DNA of 63,991 nucleotides, filler included, from Octopus bimaculoides (Eukaryota), in NCBI RefSeq assembly GCF_001194135.2. It is 6 parts of 6 records of this genome, joined end to end, with 100 filler letters (N's around TTAATTAATTAA, not from the genome) between each part and the next. Parts side by side here need not be neighbours in the genome. Positions count along the whole stretch, not along the records: positions 24,011 to 50,393 come from NC_069004.1; positions 50,494 to 57,103 come from NC_069005.1; 4 more parts are not named here. The stretch is one strand, 5' to 3'. Below, one piece after another: positions 37,505 through 52,667 of this stretch; position 1 is the first letter of the stretch; each line of letters starts with the position of its first letter. A model generated the notes under the pieces. It ran no database searches. It was not told the origin of the DNA and was given only the letters and a program-made list of their open reading frames with translations. The position numbers and the translations under genes are program-made.

Positions 37505-39289
37505 GATAGATTTACAGACGAACGCCTTCGAAGAATTATTATAGGATTAAAATGATAATAGCAAAAGACGACAACAAGGTGCCCGATTATGATGAGAAAG
37601 CAAGAGCAAGCACAATATCAATGATGATGATGATGATGATGACGACAATAACAACAACAATAATAATAATGCGGATGATGTTAACATTAATTATTAGTAA
37701 GAAAGACACTGACAGAGACAGACCGTTGCACAACTGCAGCAACAAGAACAACCAGCGGCCATGATGGACGTTGACACGAATGGCAGACAACGAGAACAAC
37801 ATCAGAAACAACAGCATACCCCCCACCCCCCACACACAACGACAACAACAACAACAGCAAATATGTTAGTAACAATATTAATTAATCGTAACGTTAATCA
37901 AGGAGTGAGTAGACAAATGGCTCTTATGATGACAGTGACGATTATGATGACGACGACGGCGGCGATGGTGGTGGTTTATCGAAATCTACGTCCTCCCCGC
38001 CACACACACACCCATAAAAATACAAACACGCACTCACACACATATATACACAGACGATGGTGATGATGAGGAGGAACGTGATGATAATGATGATGATGCA
38101 ATATTGATGATGCTGTGATACTGAGGTCGTTGTTGATGATGATGATGATGAGGAGGAGGAGGAGGAGTGGTGGACGATAATGACAAAGTTGATAAGGACT
38201 GCGAGATTGATGCCGTTGGTGGTGGTGATGATGATGATAATGATGTCGATTCAACGCCGATGCTGAAAAAGAGGAGGAGGAGGAGGATTTGAGGGCTGTC
38301 AATTCGTTAATTGAACAATTACCACCTTTTGCGATGACATGTCATGTCTGCAGAATTGGTTTCCGATTCGGGGTATCGGAAGGGGGGGAGTAGCGAGTCC
38401 TTGCACTTTCTCATTGTTTATCTTAGTGCCACCGGTAAAAGTACCCTTGGCCCCATCCTTGTGATGTAAGGAGAGTGAGGGTGTAGCATAGTTAAGGGTG
38501 CCTTCCCCTTCGCTCTCCTTAACCTCCTCCAGGTCGTGCTCTCCAGAAATCCCTCGACCCTCACTTTCTTTTTCTCTGCCTTCTTCCACCACCACACCCC
38601 CTCCTTCTCCCCCGCACCCTGCCACTCTACTCCAACCCAGTCTCCTTCATTATCCCCCCCCCGCATCACAACAAACTCTTAATCTTAACCATTTCTGTCC
38701 TCCACGCATTCAATAACTCGCCACTGTCATCCCCACACACCACACCCCGCCCCGCCACCGTCACCAACACAACCATCATCCGACACCATCGCCACCACCA
38801 CTACCATCATCGTCTTCCCCACCACCACACTCACACCAACAAAACCATGTCGTCGTCACCCCCTTCAGCAACATCCCCACCATTACAGTCCCCCGCTTCC
38901 ATTACCATCGTCATCATCATCGTTGCTACCATCGTCATAATCCTCACCACCAACCACAACACCATCTTAATCTCAACCATTATCAACAACAATCTCTCTA
39001 TCATCATCATCATCATCATCATCGAGATGTTTGCTGTTGCTTTTCAGCAGTATGGGTGGAGGGTCACTCCTCCGTGACATTGCTACTTCAGATTCTGGGT
39101 GGATTCGGGGTGGGGAGTCTTATAGAATAAGAACGTTGAACTGAAGTTACAGCATTTAATTAGAGTTGGCGATAATCGAAATGTAGTTACCTCAGAGCAA
39201 ATTGTCGTTATTCAGAGCAACTGTGGTCCTGTCGACGAAAGTATGCTGCCATTAGGTTCGGAATTCTACACGGAATATATGGAGAGTCG

Positions 39290-39620
39290 GCTGGAGAATT
39301 TGTGGAATAAAAAGTGAATTGGTGTAGTGGCAAAGAATGGCGAGTACCAGGAGCAGTTGGAAGTTATCACAGCATCTGGAGTGGACGCATAAGGCGCAGT
39401 TTCAGGACCCGGCAATGTATGGGTAATTTGAAAGTATTTTAGAAAAAGGCAGAAATATTCGGTGGTACCAGTTCCAGAGTACCACGTTGTGACGGTTAAA
39501 CCGAAGTTTTTGCAATATCAGGGGTAGATTGGATGGGCTACAGAATCATACATATTTAGACTGCAGAGTTAGAAATAACAACTGGGTTTATCGTAGTTTT
39601 AGGAAAGCCACACTAAAAGG
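39290..39620 (+). mobile_element. Highly degenerate Penelope-like RT remnant
   Basis: Frameshifted pieces ESILEKGRNIRWYQF and HTYLDCRVRNNNWVYRSFRKAT resemble PLE WxRYVDD and FLDV..SVYRKPT. Confidence 0.3.
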
Positions 39621-40406
39621 AGGGTAGATTAGGGAGTACCGCAATATAACGGGTAAATGTGAAGTTTATCGGGTACGTCGGAAAACAGGAAAACTAAAAG
39701 GTTGAGAACGACAAGGTTAAACCACCACACTGATGCGATAGACCGAGGCCGTTCAAGTACCCTCAGGTTTGAAGTACCTGAGTACAAAAAGAGGACTGAC
39801 GTTATTAAGGGTGGATAGATTACCGTAGCGAATAAGGACTTGTCAGAAACACACCAGAGTAACATACATATAATAAATGCGTACATATATGTATGTATAA
39901 ACATATACACATATATGTATGTATGCAAGCATGTATAAATATAGATTCATGTGTGTGTGTGTGTGTGTGTGCAGTAAAAAGTTTGGATAGCCAGCGCTTC
40001 ATGAGAATTAGACATCAGGAGCTCGTCCACGTAGAGAATGTATATAAATTTCATGAGAGAGACTATATATACATACATATATATATATATATATATACAT
40101 ATGTGTATATAAATATACACATGTATATATGTAGTAGTTGGTCGTTATAGATTGGTGGAGTAAATAAATGTGGAGATGGTGACATAAGATGGAGAAAATC
40201 TGTTTGTAATCAGAGCATCCTATCATCTGGACGGCCAAACATGTTATAAAACATGTGTGACACTTCTCAATGTAAACTAGACATACTCTTAGTGTATACC
40301 ATAGGAAGGGAAGCTGTTTAGGATGTGTGTACGTGTGTGTGTGTACATATGCATATGTATATGTGTGTATGCATGTAAAAATATATAAATTTATATGAGC
40401 ATACAT

Positions 40407-40453
<47 letters not shown>

Positions 40454-40564
40454 TATTGAGAGAGCAAGAGAGAGACCTACGTACACGTTTGCATATAGGT
40501 ACATTCATGACATACATACATGTCTATATATATCATGTACACACGCACACACACATATATACAA

Positions 40565-40599
<35 letters not shown>

Positions 40600-40902
40600 C
40601 ACACACACACATGCACATATTTATTTATATCAATGTAGGCGCGCACGCGCAAATACACACACACACACACAGACCCATAGAAGCTCCACCAACCATCGCC
40701 ACCTCAGCAAATAACGACTTAATATGACTTGAATTACATTACTAAACAAACAGCAAAATACGTCATAACGTGGACCTGAAGCAGAAACGCATAAGAAGAA
40801 TAGAAAACACATCTGACTAACGTCTAAGACAGAGAAAAACAATCTGGTCTTGCTGTACAAGCAGTTATGACGAATATCAAACGCCATAAAGAAGACATCA
40901 TA

Positions 40903-40968
<66 letters not shown>

Positions 40969-41033
40969 NNNNNNNNNNNNNNNNNNNNNNNNNNNNNNNN
41001 NNNNNNNNNNNNNNNNNNNNNNNNNNNNNNNNN

Positions 41034-41097
<64 letters not shown>

Positions 41098-41265
41098 ACA
41101 CAAACATACACACAACACATGTGGATAAATGAAATTTTAAACAAAAAATCCTTTCTCCAAGGACAATATTTGAAACTTAAAAGAAAAAAGATTAAGACAC
41201 TCGCTATGGAAGACATGAAAATAATTCTACACGCGGTTGGAAAGCTGATAACAGCCAAAGGCGCC

Positions 41266-41322
<57 letters not shown>

Positions 41323-42767
41323 TCTTCATATCTTTCAGAAGCTCTATATTAATCTGAGATTTTTAAGAGATTTTTTTAAAGATAAATTTTAATTAAAAAA
41401 GGATTTTTTATATAACTAACGTAAAAACATACATAGAATAATAAAATAACACGGACGCTAACATTTGAAAAAGTTTTCTTTTTTAGAAAGCAAAAAATTC
41501 TATAAAAAAACATGATGACCGTCGTATTAGATTGACATAATCACTGAAATAGCAGCAGGGTGGTGTGGCGGAATGAAAGGTAAACGAAAAATAATATGAA
41601 ACCCCACAAAATATGCAAAAAGTTGGTATTAAGCAGACATGCTACTCTGCCTGATATCCCCTGCTTTCCACCTTATAATTTCACCAGAAGCTTGTAGTAG
41701 TAGTAGTAGTAGTAGTAGTAGTGATGGTGGTGATTTCTAATTTAAGCACAAGGCCAGCAATTCTGAAGCGGGGTGGAAAGGCAGTAAAAGAAGAAGAAGA
41801 ACAACAACCAGCTTTTATAGTTTTCAAACGTCTACCTCTAAATCATGAAATTTCTTTGAAGGACATTTCTGTTTCAAAATATTTTAAAATACAGAAATGC
41901 ATGTAATTTTCCAAACACACACGCACGCACACATATAGTAAAAATAATAATCCTTGGATGGAAATTATAAATATTTTAATGCATCGCTACGCACGTTTCC
42001 ACAAAACACGTGTCTCTTAAGATCACAGTCCCCTATTCTTGAGATGATTACGGTGAAGTCCGTCGTATCCGTGAGCATCGGGTAGATCACCTTCATGGAA
42101 TCATTTCTTCAGGCGATATAACATTAATGGATGTTTAACAGGGGAATGCTTATCCCTTTTGACTAGTAAGAAGGTTGATTGAGTTTTATACATATATATG
42201 TGTGCGTGTGCATATATATATATATATATATACACAGCATGTATATGTCTTCATGTATGTATATATATGCACACACACACATATATGCGTATACATATGT
42301 ATATATACACATGCATATACAAAAGCATACATAGATTATTGCGGTGCGCAAATGGCGTGCAGCCGTCGAAGTCCTCATGAACACGTTTCTGTTGTTGTAT
42401 CGCTTTAGTCGTTCGTCAATGAATCCTTAACTCTATCACTGCAACACATTGCAACTAAAGGCTTCATGTAACTGAGACAAAAGAGCCAACCAGGAAGGCC
42501 TTTTAGATTATGAGTGGGAGAAGAAGTTTAATACCAGGGCCGAACAGAAATTTCAAAATGGAAAAAAAAACTTGCGAATGAGACCCGTAGGTACTGTAGG
42601 AAATTGAAAATCAGCGATTTTGCAAATTCATTACTATTCATGCAATATCGATACGCAATATTTATTAAAACGTCATAATGCGATACATAATCATAATATG
42701 CAAACTAAGCAGATAGTTTTAATGCTTCAACTGTCACTATGCAGTGTTGAATGGAAATTTTATTCAA

Positions 42768-42818
<51 letters not shown>

Positions 42819-43051
42819 GCTTTAAGATAAAAATCATTATTTTATACATTCTTATAGCTTTGTCCATACAAATTCTTCAGCGAGCGGTTTATGTTGGATG
42901 AATGCGTGCGAGCTTTCCCTGCAGTTAAGAAGGGTACCTCAGCATTGCACCTCCTTAGTCGCTTGACCTTGTAGAAATAGCAGCCAAATATTCTCCAGAT
43001 AACATTGTACTTAAAACAAAACAAGACGGAGGGACAGATTTGGAAATGTAA

Positions 43052-43088
<37 letters not shown>

Positions 43089-43201
43089 GAGAGAGAGAGA
43101 GGGGGGAGCTGGAGTGAGAGAGAGAAAGAGAGGTGGGCTGATTTCAGAGTGGATCGTCTTTGCTCATAATTCTGTTCCATTTGTGCTGATCTGGGTTTAT
43201 C

Positions 43202-43310
43202 TAGTACTACTACTACTGCTACTACTACTACTACTACTACTGCTACTACTGCTGCTACTACTACTACTACTGCTACTACTGCTGCTACTACTACTACTGC
43301 TACTACTACT
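43202..43310. repeat. (CTA/CTG)n microsatellite
   Basis: Direct reading; source of the poly-Leu ORF. Confidence 0.9.
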
Positions 43311-43798
43311 TTGTCTCAAAAGTGGATTTTCGACTTATTTTTTTAAAGATTTTGTTGGTGAATGTGCCACTAGTTATATAAACCAGAACCAACGCGGTTC
43401 GAACGTGAAGCAAATGGTTTATGTGAGATCACAGCAGTTTGTAATTGAAGGCCAAACCCATAGATAACCGTTTCTGAAATCATTATCGGGGCTCGTCTGT
43501 CGGTCTGTGAATCCAGTTAATGTCCTACATTGAAGTGGAAATATGTATTGTGTGTGTATTTTGCAAACTCTAAAAAAAAAAACAAAAAAAACTTGTATGA
43601 AAAGAAACCCCGTAAAAAGAAAAAGAAAAAAGACACGCAGAGCAAAATAACAGTTTCAGTAAGAGAGTGGGTGAGAGAGAGAGAGAGAATGCGAGAGAGG
43701 GGGGGGGAGAATGCGAGAGAGAGAGAGATTTATTTTTAAAATGGCCAATTTTATAGGTTTGTGATGTCATTGTATATATATATGTATATATCTAATGT

Positions 43799-43841
<43 letters not shown>

Positions 43842-46800
43842 GACCAGCTAAATCATGTCGCTTATTTAGAACCAGAGCTAATGAATGATGTCCTGCTTAG
43901 CAAGAGGCCATTTTAGGTTAAAAAAAAATATGACCATAGAAAAAATATAAAAAACTGGTCAGAAAAAAAGGCAGAAATAAATCTAAAAAGGAAAAAAATA
44001 TAAAGAAGAAAATAAAAAAAAAAAAAAATTGGAAGGAAATATATTCGGTCAGTGTTTTTAATCCGGCAATGTATTGAATGTTTACTTTAAAAAAAATTTT
44101 TTATTGTGTATATGAATTTTATTAACACAGACAATCAAAAGAAATCGAAGCAAGTTCTATATAATCGTATTACTACTTCTAATACTAGCTATAATATCAC
44201 TAATAAACTTTGGTTATATATATATATTTGCTTATTATTATTATTATTATTATCTGTTGTCGTTAATGGATACCCAGTAATCCATCCCCCCCCCCTTTTT
44301 TTGTTTGTTTACAAAAGAAAACATTATCTTCGTAACGAGTCTATTTTGACTGTGTATGTACTCATAAGAAGCTGCTGACGAGAGGGAAAAAAGAAAAGAG
44401 CTACAAAACGTGTGGTCCAAGATATTAATATATTCAAGATGTAACTAAAGACACGGCTAATGACCATCATAAAATAAAGACGTAACCGATATCGTAACTA
44501 CCTGCCAAATCCCTGAGCTTAGTGGCTGGTATTGGCATCGTAGCTAAAAATAACAATATCGTAGATAAAGATTGGAGTAAACACGCAGCTAACTACACAG
44601 ATAACAAATCTCCGAAGAAATTACATCGACGCTATCAAAACAAAGTAACTTTGCTGAGGAACTATTTCAATCCATTTATAAAGTTACATGGAAAAGATAT
44701 GAGAACATGGCTACTGATTAAGTTATCTTGTTTATTAACTAGATAAAAAAGTATATCGTGTAAAGAGGTAACTAAAACACATGTTAGACACGGTTCTCCG
44801 CCCCTCTCTTTACTCAGATACCTTTCATAAACTGAAGCAATTTTAGAAAAATTAAAAAGAAAGCAACAAATGCTATGCTTAGCAGTGGTGGTAAACCATT
44901 TATCGAAACAACTAACTTCACTCCAGCAACCTCCACTAAATAATAATAATAATAATAATAATAACAACAGTTATATGAATGGAAGAAATGACTATTTCCT
45001 GAGAAGTTTTCTCGAAATTTCTTGTGGCTTTTTCCTCTTTTATTTTTCTTTGATTTGCTTGATAGATTCGCCTTAACTGTAATAATATATTTACTCATCA
45101 GGCAAGCAAACGTGATGCCAAACTACAAGCTTTCTAAAGCCTACTATATTAAAAAAAGTAAATAATAACAAGAAGAATGATAATTTATACAGACAAAAGA
45201 TGCATGCTTAGAAATAGTAAGATGTTTTTTTTTTTTTTTTTTTTTTAATGTGAACTAAAATATGCACTCAGCTATTTGAGTACATCAAAATCTCATATCA
45301 AAAATCTACCAGTAACTTTAAACCAAGATGTACCTACCTATTGGCGGTTTCAATGCTAATATTGTAGACTAAGTTTTAAAAAATTGTCAAGTAGTATTAC
45401 ATTTTTTTTCTTTTTTTTTTGCAATTTAGCATTAAGCATCTTTGAGAAAATTCGATGAAGAGCACGTGTCCTATTGCTACATGGTTTATATTTCAACCCC
45501 CACATGTTTCTCATTGCTACATGTTTATTTTTTCGGTTTCTATATGTTTACATATTTGCTAGATGTATTTAAAATTAAAATAAAGAAAATTAAAGAAAAA
45601 CTCATTTATTCTGTTGTTGTTATTGTTGTTACCATCATCAGAGTTTTATTATGGCAACCGAATAATTGTCACATATATTTATAGCTTGTCATTTAGCACT
45701 AGGGTCAGCAAGCCTATGCCCAGAAATGACGTACCTATCACTACATCATACAATATACGTGTATCCTCCGTCTAACGGATGTGTATGGATCTTGAGAATA
45801 TTGCAGAAGAAGAAGAAGAAACAAGGGGGCTGGGGATAATCTCAGACCAGAGATCTTGCTCGAATGTTTATAAATGCATGAGCTCTGATAATAAAAGCCA
45901 CAAAGAACCCGGTAGATAGCCTTTGGTATTGAATTGACTCCGTTAATGGTTTCTATAAGACATCGTTAATGCGACGGATTACATGCATAGCGACATTTTT
46001 TCCGGCTCTTTATGTTGTGAGTTCAAATTCCGCTGAGGTCAATTTTGCCTTTCATTCATTCGGGGTTGATAGAATGAAGTACAAATGAATTAGAGGGATC
46101 GATGTAATCGACCCATACTTTTCCTCTCAATAATGGCCGACCTTTGAGCCTGCAACGGATCGACGTCCTTTTCAGTAGGGACGTAAACATACCAATACCA
46201 GTTGTCAAGCAGTCGTCGAGGATAAACACAAAGACACATACACACACACACACGCGCACACTGACGCACACACACACAAACACACACATATATATAAGAC
46301 AAAGTACCAAGCAGAGGGACTGAACTTAGAATGATGTGATTGGAAAGCCAACTTCTTGCCACACAACCACACATATAGTACATTATCCTTCTAAGACGGC
46401 AGGGTGTGACTTCAAGATTTCACTGCTGTTTCTAGCATTTCCAACGAAAGCGCATGAGGTGCTTCTGGCTCGGAGCCATCTCCTTTTTGCTGTTATTGTT
46501 TAGCCCTAGGTCAAACCTGATTGACCAGATATAGGATCAAAGCTGTTCCAGTCTGAGAACCAGGTGCTAACCAGGTGCATATTGATTGTTTCAATGCAAT
46601 TCTACGCCTCTTGAGAGTGTCTAGAAAGGAAAGTCGACCTCGTTGGAATTCAAATAGAGAAGGAATGTCAGGTGAACGAGACCAAATGCTGTAAACGATG
46701 TAGTGCGGTGCTGCTCTAATGTTTCTGCCACCAGTCTTTCATATCTCCTCTCCCTCCACCCCCCTTTAGTCTAACTTTCACTTCTTGCACTGAAAAAAAA

Positions 46801-47457
46801 AACTCAAATATTACAAGAATATTTTGCCTGTCAGATTATGACTTTATCATATCTGTGAATGTATGAGGATGTGTGTGTGTGTGTGTGTGTGTGAATGTGC
46901 GCATGTGCGTGTTGAGTGAGCGTATAAACATTTATACACACACACACACACACACGCACACACGCATGTATGTGTATGTGCGTGCGAATAAATGTACGTA
47001 TTTGCATACGCACATACTCACATACATACATACATACATACACGTATGTGTATGCATATATACATACGAGCATATATATATACATTTATATATACATAAA
47101 GACATGAATATACATATATATAATATATATGTATGTATGTATCTCTGTATGTATGCGATTATATACTCGCTCACACAGACCTGTGCATGGATACAAAACG
47201 TAAGTCCTCGGCGCACAATCAGTGCAGAGGCACTGAAGGATTCCCGGAGAAAAGTATCTGTATCTGTTGTCTGTGATAACCATTATGAGATGCGTGGTTC
47301 TACTGGTGCATGGAGTATGCCTGGTCCCAGGGTGGTACAGAAAAAGCGCGGTAATCTACCTGTACAGCGTTTGCTAAACTGCTTAGTATAGGTACGTTAG
47401 AGACCACCCAGCGGGTACGCCACTCCAGTCTACCCAACATCTATACTGTTGTGCTCA

Positions 47458-47509
<52 letters not shown>

Positions 47510-47797
47510 GGGGAAAGAGAGAGATAAATTGAGAGAGAAAGTGAGAGATATCATCGCCCACGTTTGTGACTGAGTAATAGTCTTAACACTTACTCTTCGC
47601 GACCACCTTTATTCCTGCTGACCAATTCTTGACCAGATTCAATGCAGTTAAGCTCATCGAACAGCACCAGTTCTTCGCTACATTTTTTTGAAACATCACA
47701 AGGAATAAAATTGGTTGAGTAGAGAGACAGAGAGATATGAAATATAAAAGATGCGTTTAAAAATGGGTGCGTAACACAAATGTGGCTCGTGTACTAC

Positions 47798-47829
<32 letters not shown>

Positions 47830-48023
47830 GAGACATACACACACATATATATATATATATGTATATTAAAGGAGGGAGAAAGACACAGAAAGGCAAGCAA
47901 AAAGCCAGGCAGACAGCCTTATGGTTACTGGGGAGTGGGATGAGTAGATTGATATAAATATATATGTGGTTGAGTATGTATGTATGTCTGTATGTATGTA
48001 TCTATCTATATATGTGTGTATGC

Positions 48024-48054
<31 letters not shown>

Positions 48055-48329
48055 TGTATGTATGTGACACAATTTCACACCAATTCTTCCTTCCCTCCAG
48101 CTGTCGACACCACTCTCATCCCCTGTCCTCTCCATCGTCTCATCCACACCCCTCTTCACCATCTCCACCATCCTCAACAAGTAGGTTCCGAGCCGCCGTC
48201 GCAGAAGAGGATAGGAGAGGCAAAGCAATTGACCGTGCACTTTAAGACTCTCGCTGTCAGTCAGGTTTGGGCTTCATAACTGCTTGAAACCAATAATTTG
48301 TCAGCCGAAAGCGCCATCTGCTGACATAT

Positions 48330-48675
48330 AATATCAGCTGTAAGACATAAGACGTGTCAGAGGCGTGAAGACGTCATAACTCAACATTAGTACAGTATTA
48401 TAAGATGTAAAATTTGAACGTAGACGTTACAGTTTAAGACGTGTCGTTAGAGTGTAAATGTTACAGATTAAAATGTGCCATAAGACATGTCACAGATGTG
48501 CATTCGTTGCAGATTAGGAATATGGACATTATAACATTATAGATTAAGGCATATAGATTAAGACATGTCACAGAAGAGTAAAAGTTACATGTTGTGATAT
48601 GTCATAGTAGTATAAGCCTTAGAAATTAAGACATGCCATAGAAGTGCCAATAGATTCAGATATGTCGTTCAGATG
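48330..48675. repeat. Degenerate tandem repeat built on the TTAAGACATGTCACAGA motif
   Basis: Motif variants recur about 8-10 times at irregular spacing. Confidence 0.55.
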
Positions 48676-48702
48676 TGCGTGTGTGTGTGTGTGTTTGTGT
48701 AT

Positions 48703-48733
<31 letters not shown>

Positions 48734-49620
48734 GTTTTACAAGTGAACTTTTGTCAAAAGTTTTTGGTAGCGCTACGCACTTGGTTTTCTTATTCTTTAT
48801 TCGTTTCTTTCTCTCTTTTTCGTGGGCGGTTGGGTGGATGGTCTAATAGTAAGGGTATGGTATAGTCTTAAAACAAGAACAGAATAAAGATAAAACTATG
48901 CCTGAATAAGTGACAGATGAGATGATCACGGCTGAGATGATTAGAAGTCTACACGCCTTAAAAAAACCCCAAAAACATTAACATTAGATTCAACAACGAA
49001 ATCTCTTTACCAAGAAAACGATATATTCGCTGCACCTCGAATACACATATATATTCAACAAAGGCCTTTATTTTGTAGCACATCTCATATACAGCCTTGC
49101 TAATAATAATAATAATGATAAGAAGAAGAAGAAGAAGAATCTACCCCAATAACGACAACTACTTCAAGTAAATTAGAAACCTTTTTTTAATTGATACCAT
49201 ATTCTAGCCGTTAGAATAGTCTTGAAGGGTCTTGGAGAACACCAACATAAAAGACAAAGTGGAAAAAAATTCCTCCGTAAACACACACACACACATGCAC
49301 TCACGCACGCATACATGTAAATTTATATTTGTATACACCTACATACATATGTGTGTGTGTGTGTGTGTGTGTGTATTTCTATAAGTGTGCGTATACTTAC
49401 ACACGCACACACACATACGTACATACATATAAGTTAGAGGATATATTAACCTCTTTAAGGGACGATTACATCCAAGAAAACACTGGTTCTATCCCTTATG
49501 TCTTTGAGAAATAAAATCTCGCTTATATAGGTAAGTATACACTAAGAATATAATCCATATTAAATTAAGAAAATAAAGAGTTAGTGGTTAATGCTTATTT
49601 ATTAATAAATTGATAATCAT

Positions 49621-49700
49621 TTCTTCCTACAGCTGTTTCCTACAAATTTGTGCATTAAATTTGCATTTATGAGTTATGAGCAAAATATCGTCAGGAAAAG
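49621..49700 (-). ncRNA. Degenerate type I hammerhead-like motif
   Basis: cttttc-CTGACGA-[AT-rich region]-GAAA-CAGCTG-TA|GGAAG. Same stem III as 11596; stem II is poorly paired. Confidence 0.35.
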
Positions 49701-51230
49701 GTTAGACATTAAAAACTTACATGTTGACCAATCTATTCATTCCAGCAGACTAAATATATGGAATTGTTTTACTTTTTATTTATGTATGCGTGTGATATAC
49801 ATACATTCACACATACATTCATAAAGATCTGTGTCTGTGCGTGTGTGTATGCGTGTGTATGTGTGTGACTTGTGTGTAAATTGTTAATTCTTTATCTTGC
49901 GGTCCCAGTTTCACCCCGCTATAGTGGCATGACACCAGAGTCGCAAGAAAAAAGAATTTAGTTTAAATAAATGGTATACTCTACAACACGTATTGAGTAC
50001 GTTCGAGAACATTAGAATACATACATAAGTCCTGATAAATATTCATTTTATGTGAGTGTGTGTGTATGCATAGAAACATACATACACGTATACACACACG
50101 GGAAAAGAAATTACACGACATATAAGAATTCAAAATAAAAAATATCTAAGATTTCTTCAACATGGTACCACTTGAGTTGATAGATCATGTTACATGTTTC
50201 AGTCGTATTCAACTGTCACATCTCAAAAACTTTCAGCAAAAAATAACATATTAAGAGTAAACTTCAATGAAACCAGGCAAGAATTAGAAATTTTTCGTTG
50301 TAAAGAAAATAAAACGTTTTAAAACTTTAGTAAAACAAGGCAGAACGAGAAATTTGCTTGTAAATGAAAGAAAAATCAAAAAAAAAAAAAAAANNNNNNN
50401 NNNNNNNNNNNNNNNNNNNNNNNNNNNNNNNNNNNNNTTAATTAATTAANNNNNNNNNNNNNNNNNNNNNNNNNNNNNNNNNNNNNNNNNNNNACACACA
50501 CACACAGAGGCACACATAAGCATGTATTTGTGTGTTTGTATGTGCGTGTGTGTGTGTACGAGTGTATGCATTTGTTTATGTGTGCGTGTATGTATGCATG
50601 TGTGTAATTAATTTTCAAAAGAGGCATAGTAGTTTGTGTTGTTCGTTCTTTTATCAACTTCTCAAAAAACATTAACCGCGTAAGTGATACGAAGTGAATC
50701 GAACCGGGGTCGTGGCGTCCGAGGCCTTGGGCAGTCGTGATAATGACAGATTAATGGTTACAATTGCTATGGCTACAAAACAAAGATTGCTATTGTTGTT
50801 GTATTAAAGCGGCTGTTTGCTTTTGTTGATTATGATAAATAGAGATGAGAGACATCTAAAACCTTGAACAGACACGCCATGCCAGCCATTTGTATTCATA
50901 GAAATCTTTCATTAACCGGCAGACGATTCACAAACGCCATATTGCTTTTCAGAGACCAATTAATAAAGTGAGGTAAAGTGGAGCATTTTTAAACGGGATA
51001 ATGTGTACATAAACAGATAAACACACACACACACACACACAGATGCACATATACACACACACATACACACACACGAACGCACATACACGCACACACATTC
51101 ACACACACAAACCCAAACACCCACGTTCACACGAAGCAGCACACATATGTATATATGTGAGCGTGCATGAATGTTTGTATATGTACATATGCATGTGCAT
51201 ATATAATTAGTGTGTGCATGTATATATATT

Positions 51231-51265
<35 letters not shown>

Positions 51266-52601
51266 TCATATGTGTGTGTGTGAGCGCGTTTACATACAAA
51301 CATACATACATACATACATACATACATACATACATACATACATACATACATACATAAGGCAGGTGACTTTGTGGTTAGGCAACACGACTGTCGTGAGTTC
51401 AATTGCTGCTCTTCAAGACTCTTACTATCAATGGGTTCTTTATATTACATCACCCGACTTGGCCTGCACAAAAAAATGTATTAACACTGACAGGGCGTCA
51501 ACGACTCGGTCGTACGATCAAAAGCCATTTCGCAATGAAGAGAATATATCCAGCTACATCGCATCTTTACCTTTTGCTATTGTGTATGTATATAATTAAA
51601 AAGTAATGTAATAATACGTTACGGAGGATATATTATAAACAATTAATAATTATTTATGAATACATCAATGGCCAAACATGTTATCATAAAATATATAGAA
51701 GATGAATGTTAATAATTATGAACAAGTCACAATTATAACTAGGAGGGTTTCAAAACCCTTACATATTTAGAAATAGCAATCAAAACCACTTTAAAGCCAT
51801 TTTTATCACTCATGTTATTTCTCTTCACGATTCCATAGCAAAACCGTTGTACTACACTTTGCCAAATTCCGCCGAGGTCGACTTTGCCTTTCATCCTTTC
51901 GGCGTCGATAAATTAAGTACCAGTTACGCACTGAGGTCGATATAATCGACTTAATCTCTTGTCTGTCCTTGTTTGTCCCCTCTATGTTTAGCCCCTTGTG
52001 AACCCGGAACCATGTGGTTGGTAAGCAAGCTAATTACTACAGAGCTACTCCTGCGTCTCTCTCTCTCNNNNNNNNNNNNNNNNNNNNNNNNNNNNNNNNN
52101 NNNNNNNNNNNNNNNNNNNNNNNNNNNNNNNNNNNNNNNNNNNNNNNNNNNNNNNNNNNNNNNNNNNNNNNNNNNNNNNNNNNNNNNNNNNNNNNNNNNN
52201 NNNNNNNNNNNNNNNNNNNNNNNNNNNNNNNNNNNNNNNNNNNNNNNNNNNNNNNNNNNNNNNNNNNNNNNNNNNNNNNNNNNNNNNNNNNNNNNNNNNN
52301 NNNNNNNNNNNNNNNNNNNNNNNNNNNNNNNNNNNNNNNNNNNNNNNNNNNNNNNNNNNNNNNNNNNNNNNNNNNNNNNNNNNNNNNNNNNNNNNNNNNN
52401 NNNNNNNNNNNNNNNNNNNNNNNNNNNNNNNNNNNNNNNNNNNNNNNNNNNNNNNNNNNNNNNNNNNNNNNNNNNNNNNNNNNNNNNNNNNNNNNNNNNN
52501 NNNNNNNNNNNNNNNNNNNNNNNNNNNNNNNNNNNNNNNNNNNNNNNNNNNNNNNNNNNNNNNNNNNNNNNNNNNNNNNNNNNNNNNNNNNNNNNNNNNN
52601 N

Positions 52602-52667
<66 letters not shown>

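Noticed and set aside
40910-41092. (GT)n to (CA)n polarity switch forming a palindrome
   Set aside because: The switch falls inside an N gap, so it may be a join artefact.
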